A stretch of DNA of 51,108 nucleotides, from assembly GCA_963589235.1 (NCBI GenBank), contig CAVAJX010000038.1:1-51108 (forward strand). The letters are read 5' to 3'. The position numbers and the translations under genes were made by a program. Positions within the stretch are counted from its first letter, which is position 1, and every line of letters starts with the position of its first letter. Of this stretch, positions 20,408 through 29,927 are shown piece by piece. The stretch is from a bacterium. GTDB taxonomy: Bacteria; Bacillota_I; Bacilli_A; RF39; UBA660. The notes below the pieces were generated by a model. The model did no database searches. It worked only from the letters and a program-made list of their open reading frames with translations, and was not told the DNA's origin.

Positions 20408-20515
20408 GTGAATCTCTCCCTTCTTTATTAGTATTAAATGAAAAAAAATAAAATATGTATGAAAAATTAATGATTTGTGCTATAATCTAAACTATAAATT
20501 TAAGGCGGTGGTACT

Positions 20516-20866
20516 ATGCCTAAAACAAAAGTAAAAATTACTACAAAATCAAATAATATTACTGATACATATGAAATAAAAGCTCTATTAAAAGATAATA
20601 AATTAATGTATTATGAGCCAAATAAAACAAAAGTAATTTTTGATTATGAAAATAATATATTAACTAGAAATAATAAAGATATATCAATGGAATATAAGTT
20701 TGACTTAGAAAATAAAACAATAGGTTATATAGAAGTAAAAGAATTAGGGAAATCCTTAAATTTAAATATTAAAACAAAACAGTTCCTATCAGATAATAAA
20801 AATATTGATTTAGTATTTTTTGTAGAAGAAGAAGAGATTTGTTACAAACTGGAGGTGTTAGAATGA
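20516..20866 (+). CDS. DUF1934 (YwiB-like) protein
   Basis: Small ~116-aa beta-rich protein immediately upstream of argS and overlapping it, as ywiB does in Bacillus. Confidence 0.6.
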   Translation: MPKTKVKITTKSNNITDTYEIKALLKDNKLMYYEPNKTKVIFDYENNILTRNNKDISMEYKFDLENKTIGYIEVKELGKSLNLNIKTKQFLSDNKNIDLVFFVEEEEICYKLEVLE

Positions 20867-22611
20867 GTCTTATTAAAACAATAGAAAAAGAAATTAAAAA
20901 TATTATTGAAAGTTCAGGATACAGTCTAGAAAACTTTGTATTACAACCATCATCAAGACCAGATTTAGGCCAATATCAAATAAATGACTCTATGGTACTA
21001 GCTAAAAAATATGGTAAAAATCCAAGAGATATTGCCAATGATATTGTAAAAGAATTAGAAAAAGATAAAAGATTTACAAATATAAATATAGCTGGCCCAG
21101 GTTTTATAAATATAAGTTTAACTGATGAATATCTTACTGTGTTATTAAATATGATAAATACTGATATCACTTCAGTTATAGATAAAAAAGAGCCAAAGAA
21201 GATAATTTTAGATTATGGTGGCGCAAATGTCGCTAAAGCACTACACGTCGGTCACTTAAGAAGTGCAAACATTGGTGAAGCTTTAAAGAGACTAGCAACA
21301 TTACTAGGATATGAAGTTTTGGGTGATGCTCATTTAGGAGATTATGGAAGACCATTAGGATTTGTTGTTTTAGAAATAAAAAAACGTTATCCAGACTTAC
21401 CATATTTTGATCCAAATTACACCGGTGACTATAGTGAAATAGAATTACCTATAACAAATGAAGAACTAGAAAAAATATATCCAGAAGCATCTAGAAAGGC
21501 TAAAGAAGATGAATGCTACTTGGAAGAAGGCCGTGATGTAACTGCTAAAATACAAAATCATGTACCAGGATATTATGACTTATGGAAAAAAGTTGTTGAT
21601 ATATCAAAAGCAGATATTAAAAATGTATATGATGACCTAAATGTTCATTTTGAACTATGGCAAGGAGAAAGTGACGCAGCTGAATACTTTAATGAATTAG
21701 AAGAATTCTTTGAAAAATCAGGTGTCTTAATAGAAAGTTCAGGAGCTAAAATCATCGAAGTAAAAGAAGAAACTGACAAAGCCCCAATGCCACCATTACT
21801 ATTTGTAAAGTCAAACGGAACATTGTCATATGAAACAACTGATTTAGCAACTATTCTTGAAAGAAAGAAGAATTATAATCCAGATGAAATCTGGTATTTA
21901 ACAGATGCAAGACAGGAATTACATTTTATACAAGTATTTAGAGCAGCAAAAAAAGCAAAACTAGTAAATGATGATATAAAACTAGTTTGGTTTGGCTTTG
22001 GTACTATGAACGGTAAAGACGGTAAACCATTTAAAACAAGAGATGGTGGTGTAATGTCTTTAAAAGGATTAATCAACTTAATTTATGATGAGACAATAAA
22101 AAGAATTAATCCAGAAACAGTTAGTGAAGATGAAAAAGAAAAAGTTGCTAAAACTGTTGCTATAGCAGCCTTAAAATACGCTGACTTCCTACCATATCGT
22201 GGTACAGATTATATCTTCGAAGTTGAAAAGTTTGCTGATTTAGAAGGAAAAACAGGACCATATTTACTATATTCCACTATTAGAATGAAGTCTCTTTTAA
22301 ATAAAGCAAAAGATATAAAACAAGAAAAAGCAACAACTATCACAACCGCAACAGAAAGAGAAATAATATTAAATCTTTTAAGTTTACCAAGAGTACTAGA
22401 TAAAGCCTTAGAAGCAAAATCATTAAATGATATAGCTGAATATCTTTATAAATTAACTTCTCAATATAACAAATTTTATTCAGAAAATAAAATAATTACT
22501 GAAGAAAATGAATATATCAGAGAATCTTGGTTAATCCTAACTACAGTTGTATATAATATAAACATGTTACTACTAAATACATTGGGAATATCTGTTCCAG
22601 AAAAAATGTAA
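20863..22611 (+). CDS. argS: Arginine--tRNA ligase
   Basis: HIGH-type motif (ALHVGHLRS) and a DALR anticodon-binding C-terminus. The start is set at the ATG at 20863, after GGAGGTG. Confidence 0.95.
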   Translation: MSLIKTIEKEIKNIIESSGYSLENFVLQPSSRPDLGQYQINDSMVLAKKYGKNPRDIANDIVKELEKDKRFTNINIAGPGFINISLTDEYLTVLLNMINTDITSVIDKKEPKKIILDYGGANVAKALHVGHLRSANIGEALKRLATLLGYEVLGDAHLGDYGRPLGFVVLEIKKRYPDLPYFDPNYTGDYSEIELPITNEELEKIYPEASRKAKEDECYLEEGRDVTAKIQNHVPGYYDLWKKVVDISKADIKNVYDDLNVHFELWQGESDAAEYFNELEEFFEKSGVLIESSGAKIIEVKEETDKAPMPPLLFVKSNGTLSYETTDLATILERKKNYNPDEIWYLTDARQELHFIQVFRAAKKAKLVNDDIKLVWFGFGTMNGKDGKPFKTRDGGVMSLKGLINLIYDETIKRINPETVSEDEKEKVAKTVAIAALKYADFLPYRGTDYIFEVEKFADLEGKTGPYLLYSTIRMKSLLNKAKDIKQEKATTITTATEREIILNLLSLPRVLDKALEAKSLNDIAEYLYKLTSQYNKFYSENKIITEENEYIRESWLILTTVVYNINMLLLNTLGISVPEKM

Positions 22612-22719
22612 AAAAGTGTTGTAATTAAGAAAGATATATGTTATAAGTTTATTGGTAATTTTATTACCCAGTCAAAATTGATATTAATACATATAATGTT
22701 TTGAATATAGGAGGTCAAT

Positions 22720-23166
22720 ATGAGCATAAAGAAAATGACAAAAGATGAATTAGAACTATTATCAAATAAAGATATAACAAATTTAATCTTAGAAGAAAGT
22801 AAAAAGCCAATAAATACAGCTGATTTGTTCAAAAAAATAATTAAATTATTAGAATTACCTGAAAGTACATTTGAAGCAAAAATAGCTGATTATTATACAG
22901 CCCTTAGTACAGATAAAAGATTCATTTTATTAGAAGATGGAACATGGGATTTACGTAGTCGTCATACATCAGATAAAGTTGTAAAAATAACTGAAGATGA
23001 AGAAGAAGAAACTGAAGAAAATAAAGACGATATAGAAGAAGCAATAGAAGAAGACGAAGAAGATTCATATGATGATAAAGATGACGATGACTATAACGAC
23101 GACACCAACGAAGAACTAAAAGATTTAGTTGTAATTGATGAAGACGAATTAGAACTAGAACAATAG
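22720..23166 (+). CDS. rpoE: RNA polymerase delta subunit
   Basis: HARE-HTH N-terminal domain (...YTALSTDKRFILLEDGTWDLR) followed by a long D/E-rich tail. Confidence 0.9.
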   Translation: MSIKKMTKDELELLSNKDITNLILEESKKPINTADLFKKIIKLLELPESTFEAKIADYYTALSTDKRFILLEDGTWDLRSRHTSDKVVKITEDEEEETEENKDDIEEAIEEDEEDSYDDKDDDDYNDDTNEELKDLVVIDEDELELEQ

Positions 23167-23231
23167 TTTCTAGTTTTTTTGATTAAAACTGTGATATAAT
23201 ACGATTAAATCAACCGGAAAGGGTGAGAAAA

Positions 23232-24299
23232 ATGATAGAAAGATTAGAAGTAACTTTAGAAAAGTACCAAGCTTTAGAACAAGAATTAACTAAACCAGAA
23301 GTACTAAGTGACATTAAGAAAACAAGAGAATACTCAAAAGAAATGTCTTCACTTGAAGATATTGTTAATTGTTACAAAAAATACAAAAAAGTATTAGCTG
23401 GTATAGAAGAAGCTAAAGAAATGTTAAAAGATTCTGAAATAGGAGAAATGGCTAAAGAAGAGTTAAAAAGTTTAGAAGAAGAAAAAGCTCAACTTGATCA
23501 AGAATTAGAAATATTATTAATACCAAAGGACCCTAATGATGACAAAAACGTTGTTATGGAAATTAGAGGAGCTGCCGGTGGTGACGAAGCTAATATCTTT
23601 GCTGGTGACCTATTTAGAATGTATACAAGATATGCCGAAAAGAAAGGTTTTAGTTACCAGGTATATAACTCAGTAGAAGGAACAGCAGGTGGATTCAGTC
23701 AAATAGAATTAATTATTAAAGGACAAAATGCCTATTCAATATTAAAATATGAATCAGGTTCACACCGTGTTCAAAGAGTTCCAGTAACAGAGTCAAACGG
23801 TAGATTACAAACTTCAACCGCAACAGTATTAGTTATGCCAGAAGCTGATGAAGACATTGATATTGAAATAAATCCAAATGATTTAAGAATTGATATTTAT
23901 CGTTCATCAGGTTGTGGAGGACAAGGAGTAAATACAACAGATTCAGCTGTTAGAATTACCCATTTACCAACTAACACTGTAGTTACATGTCAAAATGAAC
24001 GTAGTCAAATTCAAAATAAAGAACAAGCTATGAAAGTATTAAAAACACGCCTATATGAGCTTGAGCAACAAAAGAAATTAGAAGAAGAAGGTTCACAAAG
24101 ACGTAGTAAAATAGGTACTGGTGATAGAGCTGAAAAAATAAGAACTTATAATTATCCACAAAATCGTGTAACAGACCATCGTATTGGCTATACTACAAAG
24201 AACTTAGATAGAGTAATGGATGGAGACTTAGATGATATTATCAACGCTTTAATTCAAGAAGACCAAAAACGTAAATTAAAAGGAGAAACAGAAGAATAA
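23232..24299 (+). CDS. prfA: Peptide chain release factor 1
   Basis: PVT tripeptide (RVQRVPVTES) and the GGQ motif (SSGCGGQGVNT). The start is set at the ATG at 23232. Confidence 0.96.
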   Translation: MIERLEVTLEKYQALEQELTKPEVLSDIKKTREYSKEMSSLEDIVNCYKKYKKVLAGIEEAKEMLKDSEIGEMAKEELKSLEEEKAQLDQELEILLIPKDPNDDKNVVMEIRGAAGGDEANIFAGDLFRMYTRYAEKKGFSYQVYNSVEGTAGGFSQIELIIKGQNAYSILKYESGSHRVQRVPVTESNGRLQTSTATVLVMPEADEDIDIEINPNDLRIDIYRSSGCGGQGVNTTDSAVRITHLPTNTVVTCQNERSQIQNKEQAMKVLKTRLYELEQQKKLEEEGSQRRSKIGTGDRAEKIRTYNYPQNRVTDHRIGYTTKNLDRVMDGDLDDIINALIQEDQKRKLKGETEE

Positions 24300-25123
24300 T
24301 GACAGTAGAAGATCTTCTGTTTTTTGCTAAACAGCACATTCATTCAGACTATGCTAAAATACTTTTAGGTGAACTGCTTAATAGAAATCCTTTAGAATTA
24401 TTAAATTATTTAGACTACGAAGTAAGTGAAGAAGACGTAAAAAAATATAAAGAATATGTCAACGCCTTAGAAGAAGGAAGACCAATACAATATGCTCTTG
24501 GATATGTTAACTTTTATGGTAATAAGTTCATAATAAATGAAAATACCTTAATACCAAGATTTGAAACAGAAGAATTAGTAGAAAAAACCATTGAATTTTC
24601 AAAAAAGTTTTTCACAAAACCTGTGGATATAATTGATTTAGGAACAGGTTCAGGCGTCATTGGTCTTACTCTAGAAAAAAAATTATCCACAAATTCTGTG
24701 GATTTAATAGATATAAGTCCAAAAGCATTGGAAGTTGCCCACAAAAACTGTGCAAAACTAAATTCAAAAGCCAATTTAATAGAAAGTGACATGTTCCAAA
24801 ATGTGAATAAAAAATATGATATCATTATAAGTAACCCGCCTTATATAAAAACAACAGAAGAAATTGAAAAGATAGTTAAAGATAATGAACCTGATATTGC
24901 TTTGTACGCTGGTGAAAATGGCCTAGACTGTTATAAAAAAATATTAGAAAATATTTCACCATTCATGAAAGATAGATGTTTAGTAGCTTTTGAAATTGGT
25001 ATGACTCAGGCCAATGACATAAAAGAATTAATTAATAAATATCTATCAGATGTAAAAGTAGAAGTTTATAAAGATTTGTCCGAAAAAGACAGAATGATAT
25101 TTATTTTTAAAAATCTTGAATAA
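24299..25123 (+). CDS. prmC: Release-factor glutamine methyltransferase
   Basis: DLGTGSG SAM motif and the NPPY catalytic motif (ISNPPYI). Start codon overlaps the prfA stop codon. Confidence 0.92.
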   Translation: MTVEDLLFFAKQHIHSDYAKILLGELLNRNPLELLNYLDYEVSEEDVKKYKEYVNALEEGRPIQYALGYVNFYGNKFIINENTLIPRFETEELVEKTIEFSKKFFTKPVDIIDLGTGSGVIGLTLEKKLSTNSVDLIDISPKALEVAHKNCAKLNSKANLIESDMFQNVNKKYDIIISNPPYIKTTEEIEKIVKDNEPDIALYAGENGLDCYKKILENISPFMKDRCLVAFEIGMTQANDIKELINKYLSDVKVEVYKDLSEKDRMIFIFKNLE

Positions 25124-25169
25124 AAAAATAACAAAAGCCTCACTATTAAAATGAAAGTGAGGTTTTATA

Positions 25170-25691
25170 ATGAAAAAAACTCTTATAATACTAAGTATAA
25201 TAATCGTAATACTATTCTTAAATAAAACAGAAAAAATTACCATTCCTAAAGAATCAATAAGATTTAGAGTAATTGCAAATAGTAATAGTGAACATGATCA
25301 AAACACTAAAAAGGAACTAGTCAAAAATCTTTATCAAGAAATAGAAACTATCAATAACTATTCTAAAGATATAAAAACATCTCGTGAAATTATAAATAAT
25401 AATATTCATAACTTTGAAAAAGTCGTAGAACATACTATTCAAAATGAAACATATAAAGATGACTATGATATCAATTATGGAGAAAACTATTTTCCTGAAA
25501 AAGAGTACAAAGGAGTTAGTTATGAAGAAGGTAATTATGAATCATTAGTAATAACTTTAGGTGATGGACTAGGAGACAACTTCTGGTGTGTACTATTTCC
25601 ACCATTATGTCTATTAGAAGCAGAAGAGACTGATACAAATGAAGTAGAATATACATCATTCATTAAAGAAATAATAGATAAGTATTTTTAA
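25170..25691 (+). CDS. spoIIR: Stage II sporulation protein R
   Basis: Signal/TM helix, the IRFRVIANSNS..DQ..K motif and C-terminal NFWCVLFPPLC, all typical of SpoIIR. Confidence 0.8.
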   Translation: MKKTLIILSIIIVILFLNKTEKITIPKESIRFRVIANSNSEHDQNTKKELVKNLYQEIETINNYSKDIKTSREIINNNIHNFEKVVEHTIQNETYKDDYDINYGENYFPEKEYKGVSYEEGNYESLVITLGDGLGDNFWCVLFPPLCLLEAEETDTNEVEYTSFIKEIIDKYF

Positions 25692-25724
25692 TAATTATAA
25701 GAATAAAATATATAAGGTGATATA

Positions 25725-26255
25725 ATGCAGCAACTCCTTATATATTTTTTTGTTGCTTTAGGACTAAGTATGGATGCCTTTTCTCTAGCAATCGCTTATG
25801 GTACAAATAAAATAAGTACTAAAAAAACAATTATGCTAAGCCTTTGTGTAGGATTCTTTCATTATTTAATGCCTTACTTAGCCTCATCTATTGGAAGAAA
25901 AATAGAATTTATAACGACTGGCTCTAACATCATAGTTGCTTTAATTTTTCTTATTATCGCAATAGAAATGTATATATCAAAAGATGAAGAAATTAAAGGT
26001 ACTATAACCGGTATTTTTTCCATGATAGTATTTGCTTTTACCGTAAGTATAGATAGTTTCTCTATAGGATTAGCTTTAAGTATTGTAGAAAATAATTTAA
26101 ATATAGCTTTTTTAATTTTTAGTATCACATCAGCTATTTTTACTTTATTAGGATTACTACTTGGAAAATACCTGTCAAAAAAACTAGGCAAAAAAGCTAC
26201 ATACTTTGGAATAATAATTTTAGTATTATTAGCAATAAAGTATCTTATTAACTAA
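25725..26255 (+). CDS. mntP: Manganese efflux pump MntP
   Basis: Two repeats of the LSMDAFS/SIDSFS motif in a 6-TM, 176-aa protein. Confidence 0.85.
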   Translation: MQQLLIYFFVALGLSMDAFSLAIAYGTNKISTKKTIMLSLCVGFFHYLMPYLASSIGRKIEFITTGSNIIVALIFLIIAIEMYISKDEEIKGTITGIFSMIVFAFTVSIDSFSIGLALSIVENNLNIAFLIFSITSAIFTLLGLLLGKYLSKKLGKKATYFGIIILVLLAIKYLIN

Positions 26256-26293
26256 TTATTTACAAGATTTATCCCAATAATATAAGTAAAACA

Positions 26294-26322
26294 TTGACAA
26301 ACAACTTATATTTTTTTATGAT
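26294..26322 (+). promoter_or_regulatory. Sigma-A promoter of fba
   Basis: TTGACA(26294-26299)-17 nt-TATGAT(26317-26322). This shows the track ORF start at 26294 is spurious. Confidence 0.6.
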
Positions 26323-26338
26323 AAATCTGGGTGATAAG

Positions 26339-27184
26339 ATGTTAGTGAACATGAACCAAATGTTGAAAAAAGCTAAAGAAGAACATTACGCTGTACCTCA
26401 TTTCAATATTAATAATTTAGAATGGACTAAATTCATATTAGAAGAGTGTAACGAATTAAATGTACCCGTTATTTTAGGAGTAAGTGAAGGTGCTGTTAAG
26501 TACATGGGCTCATACTTAGTAGTAGCAGACTTGGTAAAAGCCATGATCAAATCTTTAAATATTAAAATACCGGTATGCTTACATTTAGACCATGGTAGTA
26601 GTCTTGAAAGTTGTATTTCAGCCATAGACGCCGGATTTTCATCTGTAATGATCGATGGCTCAAGACTACCATTGGAAGAAAATATTAAAATAACAAAAGA
26701 AGTTGTTTCGTATGCTCATGAAAGAGGGATAAGTGTTGAAGCAGAAGTTGGTCATATAGGAACAACAGATGATAATATAACTAAAGAAGAAACAAATGCA
26801 ACATTAGAAGACTGTCAAATATTATATGAAAATACAAATATTGATGCTTTAGCAGCAGCTCTAGGAAGTGTTCACGGATTCTATAAAAAAGAAGCTAATC
26901 TTGATTTTGAAACAATGGAATTAATTAATAAAAGTTTACCTGTTGCATTAGTATTACATGGAGGAACTGGAATTCCAGACGATAAAATCAGAATGGCTAT
27001 ATCAAAAGGAATATCAAAAATTAATATTAATACTGAACTTCAGTCAGTATGGAGTAAGGCCGTAAGAAAGTATCTTTTAGAGAATGAAGATGTTTATGAC
27101 CCAAGAAAAATAATTTCATCAGGTGAGGCTGCAATGAAAGAAAGAATCTCAGAAATTGTAACGCTATTTGGAACCAAGATATAA
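26339..27184 (+). CDS. fba: Class II fructose-1,6-bisphosphate aldolase
   Basis: YAVPHFNINNLEW, LHLDHG and LVLHGG.G motifs. The start is set at the ATG at 26339. Confidence 0.92.
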   Translation: MLVNMNQMLKKAKEEHYAVPHFNINNLEWTKFILEECNELNVPVILGVSEGAVKYMGSYLVVADLVKAMIKSLNIKIPVCLHLDHGSSLESCISAIDAGFSSVMIDGSRLPLEENIKITKEVVSYAHERGISVEAEVGHIGTTDDNITKEETNATLEDCQILYENTNIDALAAALGSVHGFYKKEANLDFETMELINKSLPVALVLHGGTGIPDDKIRMAISKGISKININTELQSVWSKAVRKYLLENEDVYDPRKIISSGEAAMKERISEIVTLFGTKI

Positions 27185-27211
27185 AATATACTAGGTAGAT
27201 GGAGGTGTAGA

Positions 27212-28465
27212 ATGAAAGTTATTGAAATAGACGGAGGTCATAAACTAACAGGAAGTATTAGAGTTTCCGGAGCAAAAAATGCAACAGTTGCCCTTATACC
27301 AGCCGCAATATTAACAGATGAAGAAGTAACAATATGCAATGTCCCAGAAATAACCGATACAAATGACCTATGTGCAATATTAAACACATTAAAAGTAGAT
27401 ATAAAAAGAGCGAGTGAAAGTATAATTATAAATCCAAGTAAGATGGAAAACACAGAAATAACTGAAGAATTTTCGAAAAAATTAAGAGCGTCATATTACT
27501 TCATGGGTGCATTACTAGGAAAATATGGAAAAGCAGCTATGTACTTCCCAGGTGGATGTTCTATAGGTGCTAGACCAATAGACTTACACTTAAAAGGATT
27601 TGAAGCTTTAGGAGCAAAAGTAACTGTTGATAAAAATAAATACACAGTAGAAGCAGATGAATTAAAAGGTGCAAATATATATTTAGATATTGCCTCAGTA
27701 GGAGCCACAATAAATATTATGTTAGCAGCCGTAAAAGCTAAAGGTAAAACAATAATAGATAATGCCGCAAAAGAACCAGAAATAGTAAACGTTGCCACAT
27801 TCTTAAATAACATGGGTGCAAAAATTACTGGAGCTGGAACTTCAACAATAAAAATAGAAGGAGTAGATTATCTTCATCAATGTTTTCATGAAGTAATACC
27901 AGATCGTATTGAAGCTGGAACCTACATAATCATTGGTGCTTTATCAGGAGCTCCATTAAAAGTAGATAATATTATTCCAGAACACATTGATTCGTTAATA
28001 TCAAAATTAGAAGAAATAGGTGTTAACCTTGAACTAGGTTCAGATTATGTAATAATTAATTCTAAAGATTCGTATAAATCAACAAATATAAAAACAGCTG
28101 TATATCCAGGCTTTCCAACCGACTTGCAGCAACCATTTACAGTACTTTTAACACAAAGTTCTGGTAAGTCAAAAGTAACTGAAACAATATGGGAAAACCG
28201 TTTTATGCATATCCCATACTTAAATGATTTAGGTGCTGATATTACCGTAAAAAATCAAACCGCAACAATACTTGGTCCAACAAAACTAAAAGGTTGCCAA
28301 GTTGTCGCAACTGATCTTAGAGCGGGAGCTGCCATGATCGCAGCAGGATTAAAAGCCGATGGTAGAACAACAATAACAAATGCCGAACATATTTTAAGAG
28401 GATATGAAGATATAGTTGAAAAACTATCTGAAGTAGGTGCTAAAATAAGAATAAAAGAAATATAA
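27212..28465 (+). CDS. murA: UDP-N-acetylglucosamine 1-carboxyvinyltransferase
   Basis: GSIRVSGAKNA, the active-site Cys loop (FPGGCSIGARPIDLH) and 417 aa. Confidence 0.96.
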   Translation: MKVIEIDGGHKLTGSIRVSGAKNATVALIPAAILTDEEVTICNVPEITDTNDLCAILNTLKVDIKRASESIIINPSKMENTEITEEFSKKLRASYYFMGALLGKYGKAAMYFPGGCSIGARPIDLHLKGFEALGAKVTVDKNKYTVEADELKGANIYLDIASVGATINIMLAAVKAKGKTIIDNAAKEPEIVNVATFLNNMGAKITGAGTSTIKIEGVDYLHQCFHEVIPDRIEAGTYIIIGALSGAPLKVDNIIPEHIDSLISKLEEIGVNLELGSDYVIINSKDSYKSTNIKTAVYPGFPTDLQQPFTVLLTQSSGKSKVTETIWENRFMHIPYLNDLGADITVKNQTATILGPTKLKGCQVVATDLRAGAAMIAAGLKADGRTTITNAEHILRGYEDIVEKLSEVGAKIRIKEI

Positions 28466-28488
28466 TTATATAGTTATATTTCTTTTTT
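28456..28488 (+). terminator. murA intrinsic terminator
   Basis: AGAAATATAA/TTATATTTCT 10-bp stem overlapping the stop codon, followed by T5. Confidence 0.75.
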
Positions 28489-28875
28489 ATTTATAATGGA
28501 TTTTCTTTCTACTTTTTTAAATTTTATAATTTTGCCCATTGACAAACAAATGTTTGTATCGTAATATAATAAGACAAGATTATGGAGGTGTTATTTTATG
28601 TATAAAGCTGATAAGTTCAAACTACATCCTATTTGAGTTATACTAAAAATACTAGTAATATAAATAATTTGTCAAAACAATTAAAAAATTATAAATAAAA
28701 GAATTAGTACGGCAGCGACTGTCGGAATTTAAGCCATTATGGCGAATAGAGGTTACTCTATCTGTGAAGTAGGAAATTTGATCGGTGACGACCAAACGGC
28801 AAATTGAAATTTATAAATTGAAATTTGCCCTTTGTTCTTTTGGAGGAGTTATGAAGTTTATAAAAAAACACTATA
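28485..28875 (+). mobile_element. Copy B of a miniature IS200/IS605-type (tnpB-deleted) element
   Basis: Promoter TTGACA(28539-28544)-17-TAATAT, micro-ORF at 28598-28636, a GC-richer structured block at 28706-28797 and a subterminal hairpin at 28798-28829. Repeated at 17765-18150 (-) and 36889-37256 (+). Confidence 0.6.
28598..28636 (+). pseudogene. 12-codon relic of a TnpB (IS605 OrfB) N-terminus
   Basis: GGAGGTG RBS, then MYKADKFKLHPI*. The paralogous copy C reads (TTG)YKAYKFRLYPI*, matching the canonical KAYKFRLYP start of TnpB proteins. Confidence 0.55.
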
Positions 28876-29594
28876 AACTATTGATAAGTATTTTAGTATG
28901 CCTACTAGTATTTGTAATATTTAAAGAAAACAATAAAAACAACCAAAATTATTTATCATTAGGAGATGGCTTTGCCCTAGGAAAAGATTCATATGGGCAA
29001 GTTGATTATGGTTACAGTGACTATTTAAAAGACTATTTACAAGAAAATGAATATTTAAATAGGTACATAAAATCATTTTCAGCAGAAACAATGTCCATAA
29101 CAGAATTAAAAAGTAAAATAATAGTTAATAAAAAAATAAATATAGGTAATCAAGAATTAAATTTAAAACAAACCTTAAGAGAAAGTACCATTTTAACACT
29201 TTCTATAGGATTAAATGATTTAATTTATCAAATGAGTATAGCCGATAATCTAACAGATAGTAAATTAGATAAAATAATTGCTAATATTGAAAAAGACTTT
29301 AATAGTCTAATTATAGAACTAAAAAAATATTATCAATATGATATATACGTAATCGGATATTACAACATAAATCCAACTAATTACTTTCTAACAACAGGTA
29401 TCAAAAAACTAAATAATATTTATAAAAATAATAAAGACATAATTTATATAGATATATATGAAGACTTTCAAAATAATAAAAATTTTCGTTCTAGAAAGCA
29501 AAATATTTATCCAAATAGACATGGATATCAAGCAATTTCTAATAAAATAATAGATAAAATGGCCAAAAGACTTGAAAAACAAAAAAATAACTGA
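28851..29594 (+). CDS. SGNH/GDSL-family hydrolase with N-terminal membrane anchor
   Basis: A TM helix followed by SLGDGFALG (block I GDS-like) and the C-terminal HGYQAIS pattern. The start is set at the ATG at 28851, after GGAGGAG. Confidence 0.7.
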   Translation: MKFIKKHYKLLISILVCLLVFVIFKENNKNNQNYLSLGDGFALGKDSYGQVDYGYSDYLKDYLQENEYLNRYIKSFSAETMSITELKSKIIVNKKINIGNQELNLKQTLRESTILTLSIGLNDLIYQMSIADNLTDSKLDKIIANIEKDFNSLIIELKKYYQYDIYVIGYYNINPTNYFLTTGIKKLNNIYKNNKDIIYIDIYEDFQNNKNFRSRKQNIYPNRHGYQAISNKIIDKMAKRLEKQKNN

Positions 29595-29654
29595 TATACT
29601 AATAGCGCATTTAATTACTATGACAAACGTTGTCATGGCGGAAGGAGAGATCGT

Positions 29655-29873
29655 ATGAAAAAGGATATACATCCAACAATGGTAGATTGTAAAGTTACTT
29701 GCGCTTGTGGAGAAACATTTACAGTTAAATCAACAAAACCAGAAATAAGCGTTGAAGTTTGTTCAAAATGTCATCCATTCTATACAGGAAAACAAAGTAG
29801 AGCATCTCGTGCTGGTAGAGTAGATAAATTTAATAGAAAATATGGTTTAAATCAAAACGAAACTGCTGAATAA
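29655..29873 (+). CDS. rpmE: 50S ribosomal protein L31 (zinc-ribbon type)
   Basis: MKKDIHP start with C..C....C..CHPFYTG. Confidence 0.95.
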   Translation: MKKDIHPTMVDCKVTCACGETFTVKSTKPEISVEVCSKCHPFYTGKQSRASRAGRVDKFNRKYGLNQNETAE

Positions 29874-29927
29874 GCGGTTTTTTCTTTTCAAATTTATGTT
29901 ATAATTACAAAAGAGGAGATAGAAAAG

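Noticed and set aside
20408-20515. A T-box leader upstream of the DUF1934-argS operon.
   Set aside because: The ~110-nt region contains only an extended -10 promoter (TGTGCTATAAT) and an RBS. It has no specifier stem or T-box sequence.
25692-25724. A yybP-ykoY (manganese) riboswitch upstream of mntP.
   Set aside because: Only 33 nt separate spoIIR and mntP, which is too short for the ~100-nt riboswitch, and none of its conserved helices are visible.
28598-28636. The micro-ORF MYKADKFKLHPI as a type I toxin or an attenuation leader peptide.
   Set aside because: The peptide is hydrophilic and too short for a membrane toxin. It contains no run of regulatory codons. The match of the diverged copy (YKAYKFRLYPI) to the TnpB N-terminus gives a simpler explanation.
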